Source: Lama guanicoe
Lineage: Eukaryota
DNA: 64,000 nt
Assembly (NCBI GenBank): GCA_013239625.1
Contig: MU054391.1
Span: forward strand, 9,581,095 to 9,645,094
Direction of reading: 5' to 3'
Both the position numbers and the translations under genes were made by a program. Below are positions 13,043 to 25,390 of this stretch, piece after piece. The notes below the pieces were generated by a model. The model made no database searches, was not told the origin of the DNA, and worked only from the letters and a program-made list of their open reading frames with translations. Within the stretch, counting starts at the first letter, position 1; each line of letters starts with the position of its first letter.

Positions 13043-14039
13043 ACCCCTCTCCTTGCGTTTTGACTTATGTCTGCTTTGAGTATTCTGCCATTTGATACCA
13101 GCCCAGCAGTCCTTCAGGACCCTTACTTTGGAGGAAAAGAAATCCAATAGTTTCACATACTAATAATTCTTCCCTATTAATTTTCTCTCTTTTGGTTTTT
13201 TATAAGGTGATCTACAATTACAGGCCCACCCAGTTGTTTTTTTCCCACCCTACTTTTATTTTCTTCAGCTATTTCCCTTCAACATGCAGAAAAGAGGTTA
13301 ATTCTCAAACAAGTACATCTAAACCTACTCTTCAACATTAGCCCTGTCTCTTCAAAGCTCAGAAGCCCTTATTTCACGTGTGTGGCTGTTGCTCCAGCCA
13401 TTGTAGGCCCATCCCTCCCAGAGTTGTTAAGGCTGGCGCGAGGCTTCCCTGGGCAAACCAGTCCCATTACTGACTGTCTTTCAGTCAGATCTTTTTTTTT
13501 TGTTGTTGTTTCCATATCATCAACTTAATCTAACTCCATTTAATGTGCAGTTGGCTGTTTCCAAAAACCAAAGCACCTTCAAGGGATGAAAATAAGCTAT
13601 CACTGAAGACATTTCTAAGCATTTGCTACAGACCCTGAAGGGAATTCCAGACACAAACAACCCAACGAAAACCAAAAACAACCGAAAAGAGTCATGATGA
13701 CATAGTTGGAATAAATGCATGGTCCCCCGAGACACCTCCACCTGCACACACAAGTTCCAGCAGACTTTAAAAATACTTGGACTGTTTCACAGATAAAACT
13801 CACAAGACGGTCACTGGCATTTCTTGAACATATACAATTGAACACAGAGCTCTTAGCAGGCAAAAGAGAAAAGCGATAGTTAATTTCCAGGAGCTAAAAG
13901 CAAGACAAAATTCACCCTCAAAAGAGTCTAAAGAATCATTATTGTTATTTTTACCAACTAGTGAAAATAATCACTTTAAAATACAAATACCTGCTCCAAC
14001 GGAAAAATATCCACGTAGATCTTATTTCTTACATTCAAA

Positions 14040-14604
14040 TGTATTCATCATTTAAATTTTTTTCCTGCATTTTATGATTGTTTGACACTTGCAGGTTTTG
14101 CCAATCCTGGCAAGACTACCCTCCCAGGGCTAGTTCACTTCTATGCAGAACAGTGTCCCTGTGAGCACACCTGTGACCTGCAAAGCAGCCAGCACAGAGC
14201 CAGTTCTCTGAAGCTCCCTGTCTCTCGGGCTCTCGCACTCCAGAGGCAGTATTCCCTCTGCCCTGACCACCGCAGGGGCCGGTGCTAGACAACCAGAGAC
14301 CACCCCAGAGCCCAGGGTCCACCAAAATCACTGAAACTCTTCATATTAAGTTTGCTCGAGCAGGCCTACCACACCCTGCCTAGTCATTCCCACGAAAGCC
14401 AATTCCTTCCCACAGAAACCCATACTCCCCCTCATGCCTTCTGCCTCCAGGCGACCCGAGTACGTCCCACTGTGGCCCTGCTTGGGTGTCGCAATCCCTG
14501 CTTCTAGGGATTTGCTAGTATAAACTTTCTCCTGACGATCATTTCCACGTCTAGGTGTCTGCCCGTACCAGAATCAAACCAACATCTGGGTACATTTTAG
14601 AACA
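14040..14604 (+). mobile_element. Solo ERVL LTR, MER74-like
   Basis: TG...CA termini; segments resembling MER74: ccctcccagggctag, ctcgggctctcgcactcc, ccttcccacagaaacc, tacattttagaaca. Confidence 0.7.
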
Positions 14605-14744
14605 AAAACTAAAACATCTATAAATGTACAATAAATCTCTGGCCTACAAAATCAGGCAGAATGACACAGCAGGAAGGAAACCATGATGGGATCAAAACTA
14701 AGGTCCACCACTGACTGACTTACTGCATAAGTTTTTGTTCCAGA

Positions 14745-15005
14745 ATTTGTTCCAGAACCTTTTGGACGTCAAAGAAGTTATGCTGTACAAATATCACATA
14801 TTACATTATACCCTCAGCATGGTCTGAGAGCACCCAATAATCAAAGACACTAATATTTCTGCTGTAAAACATCTGAATACTCATATTAAATGAGATAAGC
14901 AGAGATTGTAAATAAACTCCATGTGAATATAGTTCAGGTTTTGATGCCAAACATGCTACAAAAAAAAATCTCCTTGGTTTTCAAAGCATTTTGGATTTTG
15001 GATCT
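14745..15005. mobile_element. TcMar-Tigger non-autonomous relic, MER46C-like
   Basis: aatcaaagacactaatatttctgc...ttcaggttttgatgccaaa...ggttttcaaagcattttggattttgga resembles MER46C. Confidence 0.6.
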
Positions 15006-15109
15006 GAGCCTTAATTTTCCTCATCTGTAAACCAGTATTAAATGAAGCAGACTGTGTACAGCGCAGAGCATCTCTCTAGCATATGGAAGCACCTACAAAG
15101 TTCCCTTCC

Positions 15110-15140
15110 CTCCTCTGCAAACTACTCCTCTGCAAACTAC
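15110..15140. repeat. Perfect 15-bp tandem duplication
   Basis: ctcctctgcaaacta x2. Confidence 0.9.
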
Positions 15141-15729
15141 AGGCTGGAGGGAACAAAATGACGTTCTTCAGTCAGGACATGATTTGATTTCCCCCTAAAA
15201 ATGATGGATAATAGGTTCTTCCATTAATAACTGCCACAGCAGCAACAGAGGCAATGACTTCCACTGTATATAAGGCTTAATTATTAATGAGTTAGTGATC
15301 ATATTTAAGCCTACGGATTAACCTCAGCAGGAAGAAAGCCGCAGACCACACACACACGCCTGACTCTCCGACACGCTTGTGCCATCCTCCCCGTTACTCA
15401 CCTGCTCCTCGCTGAGCGCTCGACAATTATCTGAATTTTTTTCCTCACAACCTCTCTGGAAGAAGATAGCTCCTTTCCTCAATTTCCAATAGAGGATTTA
15501 GAATCACAAAGTCCTTCTTTTCTATTTTCCAGGCACCAACACATAAACAAATCACCCCAGTCTTGGGGAACTATGTCCTTTCCTTGAGAGGGCTCCTTTC
15601 TAACAAACTCAGCAGCACCCTCCTCCTTTCCACGGCTCCACCTCTTAAACAAGTGGCCACCCTGCACTGTGTCCGACACCTTGACTCTCCTTCTTCCTTC
15701 AAGTCCCGAAAAACTGGCTTCGATCCCCA

Positions 15730-15981
15730 GTGGTGACAGATTAGGAGTTTGGGACTAACAGATACAGTTAGTATATATAAACAGAAAAACAAAAAGGACC
15801 TACTTATAGCACAGGGAACTATACGCAATTTCTTGTAATGAGCTGTAATGGAAAAGAATCTGAAAACACACACACACATATATATATATGTGTAGCGATA
15901 TAATTGAATCACTTTGCTGTACACCTGGAACAAACACTGTAAATCGACTAATTACACTTCAATAAAAAATAAGAATTTTTT
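15730..15981 (+). mobile_element. L1 3'-end insertion, same type as 5066-5269
   Basis: attaggagtttgggactaacagatac...tatagcacagggaactata...cacttcaataaaaaa; possible TSD aaaaactggcttc / aaaaagaggcttc. Confidence 0.85.
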
Positions 15982-16229
15982 AAAAAGAGGCTTCCTGACA
16001 TCTGCTTCAAGATGAAGATCCCTTAAATTTGGGGTAAGTCCAAAATTACCCCCAGAAGGTAGGCCTTCATTCATACGAACTGATTCCTCACAATTAATCC
16101 CAAGAAAAAGGCGCCGTGGCTTTCCACTGCCCCTGACTCAGACTTTAGCCCCACTGTCATCGGATGAACTCCAGTGAAATCCAGAATAATAATTCTATTT
16201 AAATTCTTTGGTGATCGGGTTACCTTATT

Positions 16230-17297
16230 GGTACAGCCCTCAAGCAGATGAAAACTATAAACTCTGGATAAGTACAAAAAACAAGTATCAGAAGGCACTG
16301 GAAAGGTACCAAAAGCAGACAGAAACTGGAGGGTAGTTGCCATTTGGAAAAATGAATGGCACTGCTGACCTTCCCATTTCTATAGCTTTTATCCTGAAGG
16401 CAAGCCCCTGTCTGTTTCTTGCCAAGGCAGGTAAAACTCAGATGGAGAATCCCAAGTCTTGAAGAACCAGAGCCCAGAAAGATCACATTAGCTGAAAAGC
16501 AACAGGTCTGATAATTTCTTATAAAACTAAATGAGTGCATAATTCTTGGCCCAGCAATTCCAACCTTAGATATTTGCCTGAGAGAAGAAAAGATACAGGT
16601 CGACAAAACACAGTACAGGAATTCACAGCAGCTTTTTCGTAACAACCATCAGGTGGAAAAAGCTCCCATGTCCCTTACCAGGAGGACGGATAAACCGAGG
16701 TATATTCATACAAGCGAATACTTCTGAGCAATTTTTTTAAAAAGAAGAAAGAAGAAACACCTGCTGACAGATACAGATGAATCTCAAGTTTCACACACAA
16801 GAATACATCCTGTATGGTTCTCCTGAATGAATTTTAGGACATTCAAAACGAATCTACAGCAGGGTGAAAATCAGAATGCTGGCAACCTGTTGGCAGCGGG
16901 GGTGGTGTTTGCTGGGAAGAGGCGTGAACTTTCTGGGGCGACAGTAATGTTCTGCATCTTGAGAGGAGTCGGGGTTACACAGGTGCGGCACCTGTAAGAA
17001 CTCATACAGTCTTAGGTCTACATTCAAGACTTTTGCATTTCATTGTTTGTAAATGTCATCTGAAAAAATGCAGTAAATATTGACTCTAGTTAAAGATATG
17101 CACGGTGCAGTGTCAAGGGGTGAAGTGTAACTATGTCTGAAACCTTGAAATGTGTCAGAAAATAAGCTGGATTTGGTGGATGAACTATACAAGTACAGTA
17201 AAATGTTAATTGTAGGATCTAGGTGGAGAATATATGGGATTTCACTGTAGAATGTTCTCAACTTCTCTGTGCATTTGAAAATCTCCTTAATAAAACA
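16230..17297 (+). mobile_element. Old L1 (L1MC/MD/ME-type) fragments: a 5'-end-like piece followed by the ORF2 end and 3'UTR
   Basis: cccagcaattccaaccttagatatttgcc...acagcagcttt...gtaatgttctgcatcttga...ctccttaataaaa. Confidence 0.6.
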
Positions 17298-18529
17298 TTG
17301 GAGGATGAGGAAATATTCTCTCTGCTGTCAAATGCTAAAGCTCCCCATCAGTTATTTATTTCCCAAATGGGGGTTTCTGGAAAGATCCTTGTGGACAAGT
17401 ACACATGTGCCTGGTCTCCAGCACTCAGACTGCTCAGTTTCTGGCCACACAAAGCCCCTGATGGCCTAGCTGCTCCAGGCCTGGAAAACGCACCATCACC
17501 AGTGTCAGGCATACCACCGTCCCCAGGCTGAAAGGAAAGAGGTCATATCTCTTCCCTAATCCTTAACACAATTGTTGGTGAAGTCATTCCGTGACATCTT
17601 TTTCTGCCACAGCCAGATCACAGCTCATTAATCTCTATAACCCAAGTGCCGAGTCCAGAACCTCTCCTGACTAGTAACTGAATTGTTGAAGGGACCTGAT
17701 GGCTGGTTAGCGGGCAGACACTACCCCAACTCCACCTCATCAAAACTCTTGGCAGTGCTCACTGAGGCTTAAATCTCTTGCAAAGTAGAAATCAAAACCC
17801 CACACATGGAAAGCTTCCCAGACTTTGAATCTGCAAAGCATTTAAAGCAACATATGACAAAATTATCAATGAGGGTCTGAAGCCGACTAGATCTCACTGG
17901 GTTTCACTGGGATCTACCAGATGTCATGTTGTCTGCAGACTAAGTCACGGTGATTCTACATTACCATTTAATATATAATAAAAAAGAAAAGAAGCCTGCC
18001 TGAGATTTAATGGTGTGTGTGAATTTAATTTGCAATGTGTGTTCTCTAACCTTGAATACAATGCATTTTCTAAACAAGTTATACAGACAAAATCAGATGA
18101 AATCTATGCCAAAGCCTCCAAGCACTAATTCTGTGCAAAATAAGTGCCGCTGGAAAGCACTCTATGATAAATTTAATTCCAAAACTAAATTCACAGAGAA
18201 GAGCTGCCCATATTATTGATTTGGAAATCATTAGCCTTAAATCATTCATTTAGCTAAATAAATAATGATCAATTTTCTTTAGCTAGTCTCCATAAAAACC
18301 TTTCATCAACTTTATTAAAAAATTTCTGGAAAGTCAGATGATGTTGGGAAGTTTAATTTGTATCATGACCTACTTCTGAACCAAAGTTAGGAGTCACATT
18401 TTTACAATTTTTAAATTGGGTCATTTAACCGATATGATTCTTTAATTCTGCTGAGTTTCTGACAAGTATTTGGATGCTAAAAAATAGCCAAAGATATCTG
18501 TTTCAGACATGTTAGCATTATCAAGAGAT

Positions 18530-19022
18530 ACCAAATGTGGTGATCATTTTGTAATGTGTAGAAATGTCAAAACACTATGCTGTATACCAAGAACTAACAG
18601 TGTTGTAGGTCAATTATACTTCAAAAACAAGCAGATCAAGTCACAGAAAAAAAGAGATCAGATTTGTGGTTATCAGAGGCAGAGGGGAGGAGGAGGGGGA
18701 ATCAGATGAAAGTAGTCAAAGGTACAAACTTCCAGTCATAGTGTAAGAAACTGCTAGGAATGCAATGCACAACATGGTTAATGTAATCAACACTGCTGCA
18801 TGTAACATACGAAAGTAACTCAGAGAGTAAATCCTAAGAGTTCTCATCACAAGGAAAAAATCTTTTTTCGCTTATTTTGTACCTATATGAGATGATGGAT
18901 GTTCACTAAACTTACTTTCATTATCATTTCATGAGGCATATAAGTCAAACTGTTACACTGTACACCTTAAATTTATACCGCACTGTATGTCAATTTTATT
19001 TCAATAAAACTGGAAGAAAAAA
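18530..19022 (+). mobile_element. Old L1 3'UTR (L1MA-type)
   Basis: gagatcagatttgtggtta...aaaggtacaaacttccagt...gagtaaatcctaagagttctcatcacaagg...tcaataaaactggaagaaaa; similar to 60840-61590. Confidence 0.8.
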
Positions 19023-19907
19023 GATGTCACGTAGATAAGGTTCATTCAAATCAGAATGCCATTTGACAGATGCAACAAAAGGCATGCTGGGAAGAGTATG
19101 GCTACAGTTTGTTGATTGACTCCTTATAAATTTCAAGGGCTAGGAATATCTAAATATATTTTTAAATGAAATATCTTGCATTCTAATGTATCAGATCTAT
19201 GAAATCTCACTTTATTTGTACCTCCTCTATAATAAAGTTGCCTGCTTATCTGCAAAAAAGATATATCACATGTGATGTTTATGAAAATGCTTCATAAATT
19301 ATAAACTAACATGTAAATTAAAGTGATGATGATGATTAAAATCACTTCTCCATTTAAAAAGTTCCATTCTTAACATACACAGGAGGTGCTCTGAAATATT
19401 CCTCCCATTCAACAATATTGAAAAAAAAAGTTTTAGATATTTTAATGCACTTAGATTCATTCTCTTGGTGGAATATCCAAATCTGTCAGAAAAGACAATT
19501 TGAAGAAACATGGGGGCAGAAAGAAAACCCCTGCAGTCCCACTAGAATCTCAGACACACAGACGCTGCTAAGAACAGAACCCGCGTGTCTGGGGCTCGGG
19601 TTCAGACTCACCATGAGCATGATGTCAGTTCCCGCCCCAGTGACTGCGTGTACACTCTGTACTTATCTCATCGCTGTGAGGAGACACGGGTTTCGCATCT
19701 CTCGTACAGAAAACTCTGGTAAGCGTGTTGGAAAGATACGGCACTCAAGATATGACCCTCAGGGTGAAAAGACCAGACACAGACATAAAGGATACAGGCG
19801 CCTTTCTCCAGGGACGCCAGGTGAGAGGCTCAGAAAGCAAGTGTGTCAGAGTTTGAAGACTAAACAGAGGACCATTAGGAAGAATCTATTATCTCAAGTG
19901 ATACATT

Positions 19908-20082
19908 CAAAGCTTCTTAACCATGGTTACACATCTGAATGGCCTGACGAACTCTAAGAGAGATTTGATGTGTAGGCCTAACTTCAGGGATTCTGAAATA
20001 AATGGTCTACGGTGGTCCCAGGCTTCAGTATTTCTTAAAAACGCCCTAAGTGATGCTAACGTGTACCAGGATGCAGCACTAT
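19908..20082. mobile_element. hAT-Charlie MER5-like relic
   Basis: cttcttaaccatggttacacat...cagggattctga...cccaggcttcagtatt...cctaagtgatgctaa. Confidence 0.5.
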
Positions 20083-20621
20083 AGCAGCAGGCCTTGAAAA
20101 CAAGGTGAAGTCATAACTAGATCCCAGATGATCGACAGCAAGGAAGCTAGTGCAGGCCAGGACTGGTCGTTAGGAAGAGGTGCACAGACGGGGCCCCCCA
20201 CCAGCATTACAGAGCAACGGTCTGGGGGTGGATCACACAGACTGTTGTGCCCATTTTACAGATGAGGAATAATACTCTTTTGCTTGAAATTCCTATTGCT
20301 TTCAGCAGAGGGCTCATTTAAAATGTTTAACTTAGCACCCACGGTCCTCCCAGCCTACTGCTGCCTCATTTCTTCACCAGCTGCTCACACATTCTCTTCT
20401 CCCCGAGCGTTAGAGTCACTTACAAATCCCTGAAAAATCGTGAATAATGTCTATCTTCTTTGCTTCAGCGAATTTTATTCCTCTACCTAAAATATCTCCC
20501 TTCTCCCTCTTAATATCCCCCCTCTTTTCATCTGCTTAACTCAATAACTTAATTCAGTCTTCTTTATTATTCTCCCAGTATGATCTATACACTGTCAAGG
20601 AACTAGAACCTTCTTTCCTAC

Positions 20622-20745
20622 CTTCTGTCGCTGGAAATACTTCTTCTCCTTCAGTTTTAGTCTCTGCCAGCTTCCCAGTTCTCAGCAGCACTTCTGCAAA
20701 GCTTTCTACTGGGACATGCTGATAGGCGTCACAGGTCACTTGAGA
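20622..20745 (-). CDS. NBAS: NBAS exon ~38 (124 nt): SQVTCDAYQHVPVESFAEVLLRTGKLAETKTEGEEVFPATE
   Basis: Acceptor tgtctag|TCT, donor AAG|gtagga; phase 0 to 1. Confidence 0.94.
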
Positions 20746-21082
20746 CTAGACAAAGAAACAGTTACACCGTGTGGTAGGACGTCTTTTCCTCTATGAAGAT
20801 ATTCTTAGAAAATATAATGATGGGACTTCTATCTTCCGGTAACCTGGATTGTAATTTCTCACTTACCAAAGCATATTATTGCATGTAGAACTATAAACAG
20901 CTTTTAGTCTCATTACATACATTGTAACGTATATGAAACAAATCACATAAAACCAATGAATAGCATGAGTAAGAACAAAGAAAAAGTAGTACATTTCCAG
21001 GAAAATTTGAGCCTTTGTTTATAGTAAAATGCCCCCAAGAGCACGACAGTAACTTACCTGTCCCCAGACACACTGTCCTTAC

Positions 21083-21196
21083 CTCGACAACACAGGGATT
21101 GGTGATGACGGATTCATAAAAAGGATGGCAGCCTTGTTTTTCTAGACCTTCATTGGCTATGGTTCCGATTTGATAAGCACCCCCGAATTCTTGCCC
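21083..21196 (-). CDS. NBAS: NBAS exon ~37 (114 nt): GQEFGGAYQIGTIANEGLEKQGCHPFYESVITNPCVVE
   Basis: Acceptor tgtttag|GGG, donor GAG|gtaagg; phase 0 to 0. Confidence 0.94.
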
Positions 21197-21853
21197 CTAA
21201 ACAGAACAAAGCGGGGAACAGTGGATAAAGAGAAAGAGAGCGGAGAGGGGTGGGGTGGGAGGAAAGGAGGAAGGAAGAAAGAACGCATAGGTATCAGGAG
21301 GAACTAATCAATGTGCATTGTGTGATCCAGAGAGTGTCAGAGTGACACGGGTACAGCGGAGGGTGCAGGAATGATCACCACACGCAAGAGCAGCACCTCA
21401 ACCTCACATGGCAGGGCCTTTCGATTTTCCTGGTCACTTTGACATCACTGAATCAGAATCACTGAAGCAATCCATGTTATACACACGGCAAGTTTTCTAT
21501 ACAACAGTCAGGGTAACCTTTCTGAAGCATCGTTTTGTACACATTGCCGCTCCCTTTCTCAAAAATCCTCCACGTCATTCTCCCTTTCATCCCAGTTAAT
21601 TTAGTTCTGACATATAAACCAAATTTTACCTAAATCTATCAGTGTCTTTCACAAGTACTGCATGATAGAATACTGTACTCTATAAAATACATTACTTATT
21701 CCCTAGCTGTTGGGAGGCCTAGATTTCTTCATAGATTGTTTTAATAATCTAAAGAAGATAAAGTTGTAGCAACAGTGAAAAACTGAAGAGCGTGCTAATG
21801 AATTGATACAAAAACCACACAGCTGACTTCAAAAAGCAAGCTGCGTTGCTCAC

Positions 21854-22021
21854 CTGAAGGGGTCGAAGGTAAGTCAAAGACTTCTTCCACCACTGCCCGT
21901 CGCTGACGGCCTGCAGCACGGCCCTGGTGGTGGTCGTGGTGTTGGAGAGCACTTTCATGGTGGTGGCAGTGGTCCAGTGGAGCAGGTCAGCCGAGTTGCT
22001 GCCTGGGACACTGACCTCATC
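21854..22021 (-). CDS. NBAS: NBAS exon ~36 (168 nt): DEVSVPGSNSADLLHWTTATTMKVLSNTTTTTRAVLQAVSDGQWWKKSLTYLRPLQ
   Basis: Poly-T tract then aacatag|GAT, donor CAG|gtgagc; phase 0 to 0. Confidence 0.96.
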
Positions 22022-22779
22022 CTATGTTAAAAAAAAAAGAAAACAGCAAGAGCAAAAATGTGCATAGTCTCAAAAACAGAGCAAAGAGTGAAGATAAACA
22101 GATGTAAAAATCCATCTCTGCCAATCACAAAAAAATGTGAAACAAGACACTACTAGCATATTGTACCTCCTTGAATTATTTACAAAATAAAATTCAGTAA
22201 AGGGAAATATATCACAGCATGTTAGTCAAATAATCCCTTTCAGAAATATTTATGAGGCAAATAATGGGTTCTTTCTGTTTTTTACCAATCTAATATCCTC
22301 CCATGAGGTACTCGTGCTGTTTCTTTGAGAAGACATTTTAAGTATTTAGTATTTAGACTGATTAAGAAATAAATTACTCATTTGACAAAGGTGAGGTTAC
22401 TGTAAGGAATATTTGCATCTGAATGCACATATTAAGTTTTAATGTTTTTATTTCTAATTCTTCTCAAGGTGAAAAGGGCCTGAGGTAAGTCAGATAAGCA
22501 GAGCGATTCAAAGATTCCGAATCCACCCATCTAACAAAGAAAGGGGATGGGAGCCAAGCTAAGACTCAGTGAAGGACTCAGAGTGAAAAAGCAAAACACT
22601 GGGTGGAAAAAGGGGTCTGAAAAGCAGGGTTAGATAAGGGTAAAGGTAAAAATGAGCAAAGTGAGTTGTTGAGGGAGAAGAGAGGACCAGGTTCACAGAG
22701 AGCAGTCAGCCAGATCCAGACATCTTATTCACCAAGAGTGATGCGTAGGACTCTTGCCTATAATACGCAAGAGTCATAA

Positions 22780-22995
22780 TGGCCACCGTTTATCAGATCT
22801 CTACTCTGCGTCAGGTGCTGAACTAGGTGCTTCGTGTGGTCGTCCCTAAGTTTTAAGGTAACACTGCCAAGCAGGCACGGGGATACCACTTGAGACACAA
22901 GTTTAAACTGCAGATCAAACAAGGTGAATATGCCACCCACAGGCAACTGGCTGGGGTGTCTCCTCTGTTCTTGACCCGACCGGGCTCTCAAAATG
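22780..22995 (-). mobile_element. MIR
   Basis: tttatcagatctctactctgcgtcaggtgctg...aaggtgaatatgcc...cacaggcaactgg. Confidence 0.45.
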
Positions 22996-24374
22996 TGTGG
23001 CCCACTTGCTCTCTGCAGGGTTTTGATCCACTGGCACTACGTTACACACGTGTGAGTATTTATTTAAGTTAATTTATTCTTCTGCATTTGTCTGTTTGTC
23101 TTCCCAACCAGAGAGTGGCTTTTCAAGGGCAGGGGCTATGTTTATTCATGACTAAAATGTTCAGGGTATGTGAAAGTCCCTAATCTCTAGTGTGTATCTG
23201 TAGATGTGTGTCAGGAGTCTGGTTTTACTGCTCTATTTACATGTTTGAAGAAACATTTTCTAAGCCCTAATATTTTATGCTTAAAGTAGTTAAATGTTAT
23301 TCAAGTAAGATTTCAGATCACATTTTCAATTCCGGTTCATCTTCAGAATCTTCTTAATTGAGAAGGGTACTGAATGATTTGAATGTTATCAACTAATCCA
23401 AGTAGAGAACTAAAAACATAAACATGAAGAGAAATATGGCACTTAAACAGGATAAAACTTCATTCAGAGGAAATTCAAGTCAATTGAAAAATATTTAAAA
23501 ATATAGGCTACAAAACAATTATTCCATTTCATAAAATAAACTTTACTCTGTTCATACGGGTTGGCTAACTCAAGGTAGAAAATTTTAAACATCTGGAACT
23601 GAAAAGTTTGTTCCAGAAGATAAATGAAATTCAGATGATCAGAAATGTACATGAGAAAAGGATTTTCTGTAAGAGATTTCCCCCAATAAGAATCACAAAA
23701 GAGAAAGTAAAATAAAGGGCTTATTTGGATCACAGAAGCAGCATTTAATCTGGGGTCCCTCTACCATGATTACAGTGTAACTAGTCATTAACGAGGAAAA
23801 CACTTTTCTTTCAACTTCATGTAATAGGGAAAGAAAAAGGAGGTTAGGCAAAGTTTACCCCTGAAATGATTATACTGGCAGTTTTTCTATCCATAGTTGC
23901 ACACTGCTGATTAAAGTATATAACGGCTGAAATAGTTTAATCCCCCAAACTAAGTCAACAACCTCCAGCATAAAATTTAACATGAAATCCCATTAATGTC
24001 AAGTGTTACACAGCTCAAAGGTTAACGTACTAAGCACCAATAGTATTTTTCAAACCTTACAACAGACAACATTACCAAACAGGTTCACAAGAACAAGGAC
24101 ATTCCACATGTCAAGCTTGGCTTTTACACAAACAATTCCTGTTGATCAATTACCATAATAAACGATCCACTTATGAGTTGCCTTCTCTGGTGTCTGGTAA
24201 TATGAGGGTTAATTTCTGAGAAACTTGTTTGCCACCTGTGCCCTGGGCTGGTGGTACCCACGACCTGGGTACAGATTACAAACAGAACTCAGACTGAGCT
24301 TGGTTACTACCCCTTCTCCTCCAAACTACCTGGAAATAATCCAAAGTAATTCCCTGCACCTAGCACTTACGTCC

Positions 24375-24434
24375 AGCAAATTTCATACTGAATTCAAAAT
24401 ATTAAGCAAATTCCACCCTGAATTAAAAATATTA
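24375..24434. repeat. 30-bp tandem duplication (2 copies, 4 mismatches)
   Basis: agcaaatttcatactgaattcaaaatatta / agcaaattccaccctgaattaaaaatatta. Confidence 0.85.
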
Positions 24435-24575
24435 AGAATGCAACCCTTATTACGGGTGATGCTACTTTTAAAACTATTTGTCAGAAAACGCAGTAGAAAA
24501 ATACCCTACGGAGTAAATCACTCTAAAGTCTGACTCTGCTTCAGTTCATCTGCTAATTAACCAGGCTACAGTTCA

Positions 24576-24778
24576 GCTGTGCTCATCTTTGGGCGTCATG
24601 GACCCCTGCGTATTTCTGACGATGACTGTAAGTGCTTCCCCCAGGGAACTGCACATGCACCTGCACATGCATGAACACACAAAGTCAGAGACAGACACAC
24701 AAAAACACACCAAATTTGACACATTCTTTCCAGGGCTTTAGGGACCAGTATTCTTGGATCCAGATTAAGTGATCTGTA
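24576..24778. mobile_element. hAT-Charlie MER103-like relic
   Basis: gggcgtcatggacccct...tgcacatgcac...cacaccaaatttg...ggatccagattaag. Confidence 0.5.
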
Positions 24779-24879
24779 GTTAGAAAACAGAAGTATATTC
24801 TGTTTTCTTTTTCCATGCCCAGTTTTTTAGTCAGCACTTACACAAAGCTAAGGAGGATAAAGGACAAGAAACAGGAAAT

Positions 24880-25390
24880 TGTCTATTTCTGTAGCCATTT
24901 CTCCCATTTTATCCCAGGGCAATACTGACATGAATATGCAAAGATGTGTACATAAAAATGCTCAGCGCAGTTCGGTCAAAAATAGAGGAATACTGGGCAC
25001 AATCCCAAAACAAAGGAAAAGATAAATAAATCATGGTATATGCATCCAACGACCAGTATCACACCATGACACAAACAGTCTGTACGTAATGACAAGAGCA
25101 GATGTCCATGACATATATCAGTACTTGAAAAAAGCAAGCTTCAAAATAATATATGCAGTATGAATCCATTTTAGTAAGAACAAAATAACAGTCCTCCAGG
25201 AGACAGAGGTGCGCTGTACAGAAAGTCTGTCTACACTCAGAAAAAGTCTGGAAGGATATATATAAACTAAAACGTTTACCTCTGAGCAGTAGGACTCATA
25301 GAATGGGGAGAGGAAGGAACTGAGAGAGAAGAAAGAGAACTTACATCTTCATGTATTCTTTTCTTTCATGCATTATTGATTAGTTTCATA
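24880..25390 (+). mobile_element. Old L1ME-like 3' fragment
   Basis: caaagatgtgtacataaaaatgctcagcgcag...gataaataaatcatggtatat...aaaagtctggaaggatata. Confidence 0.55.

Noticed and set aside
14734..14757. 12-bp tandem duplication tttgttccagaa x2 (and a similar AT-rich repeat at 59126-59185)
   Set aside because: Ordinary slippage duplications with no further structure.
15716..15735. tRNA B-box-like GGCTTCGATCCCC before an L1 3' end (possible tRNA/SINE chimera)
   Set aside because: No A-box or cloverleaf upstream; most of it overlaps the probable TSD.
19418..19957. 179-aa + strand ORF, the longest not overlapping the young L1
   Set aside because: Non-ATG start, no recognisable domain, runs into a MER5-like relic; consistent with a chance ORF.
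20298..20316. Second CTCF-like motif TCAGCAGAGGGCTC
   Set aside because: Two core mismatches and it lies in probable L2-derived sequence; too weak to report.
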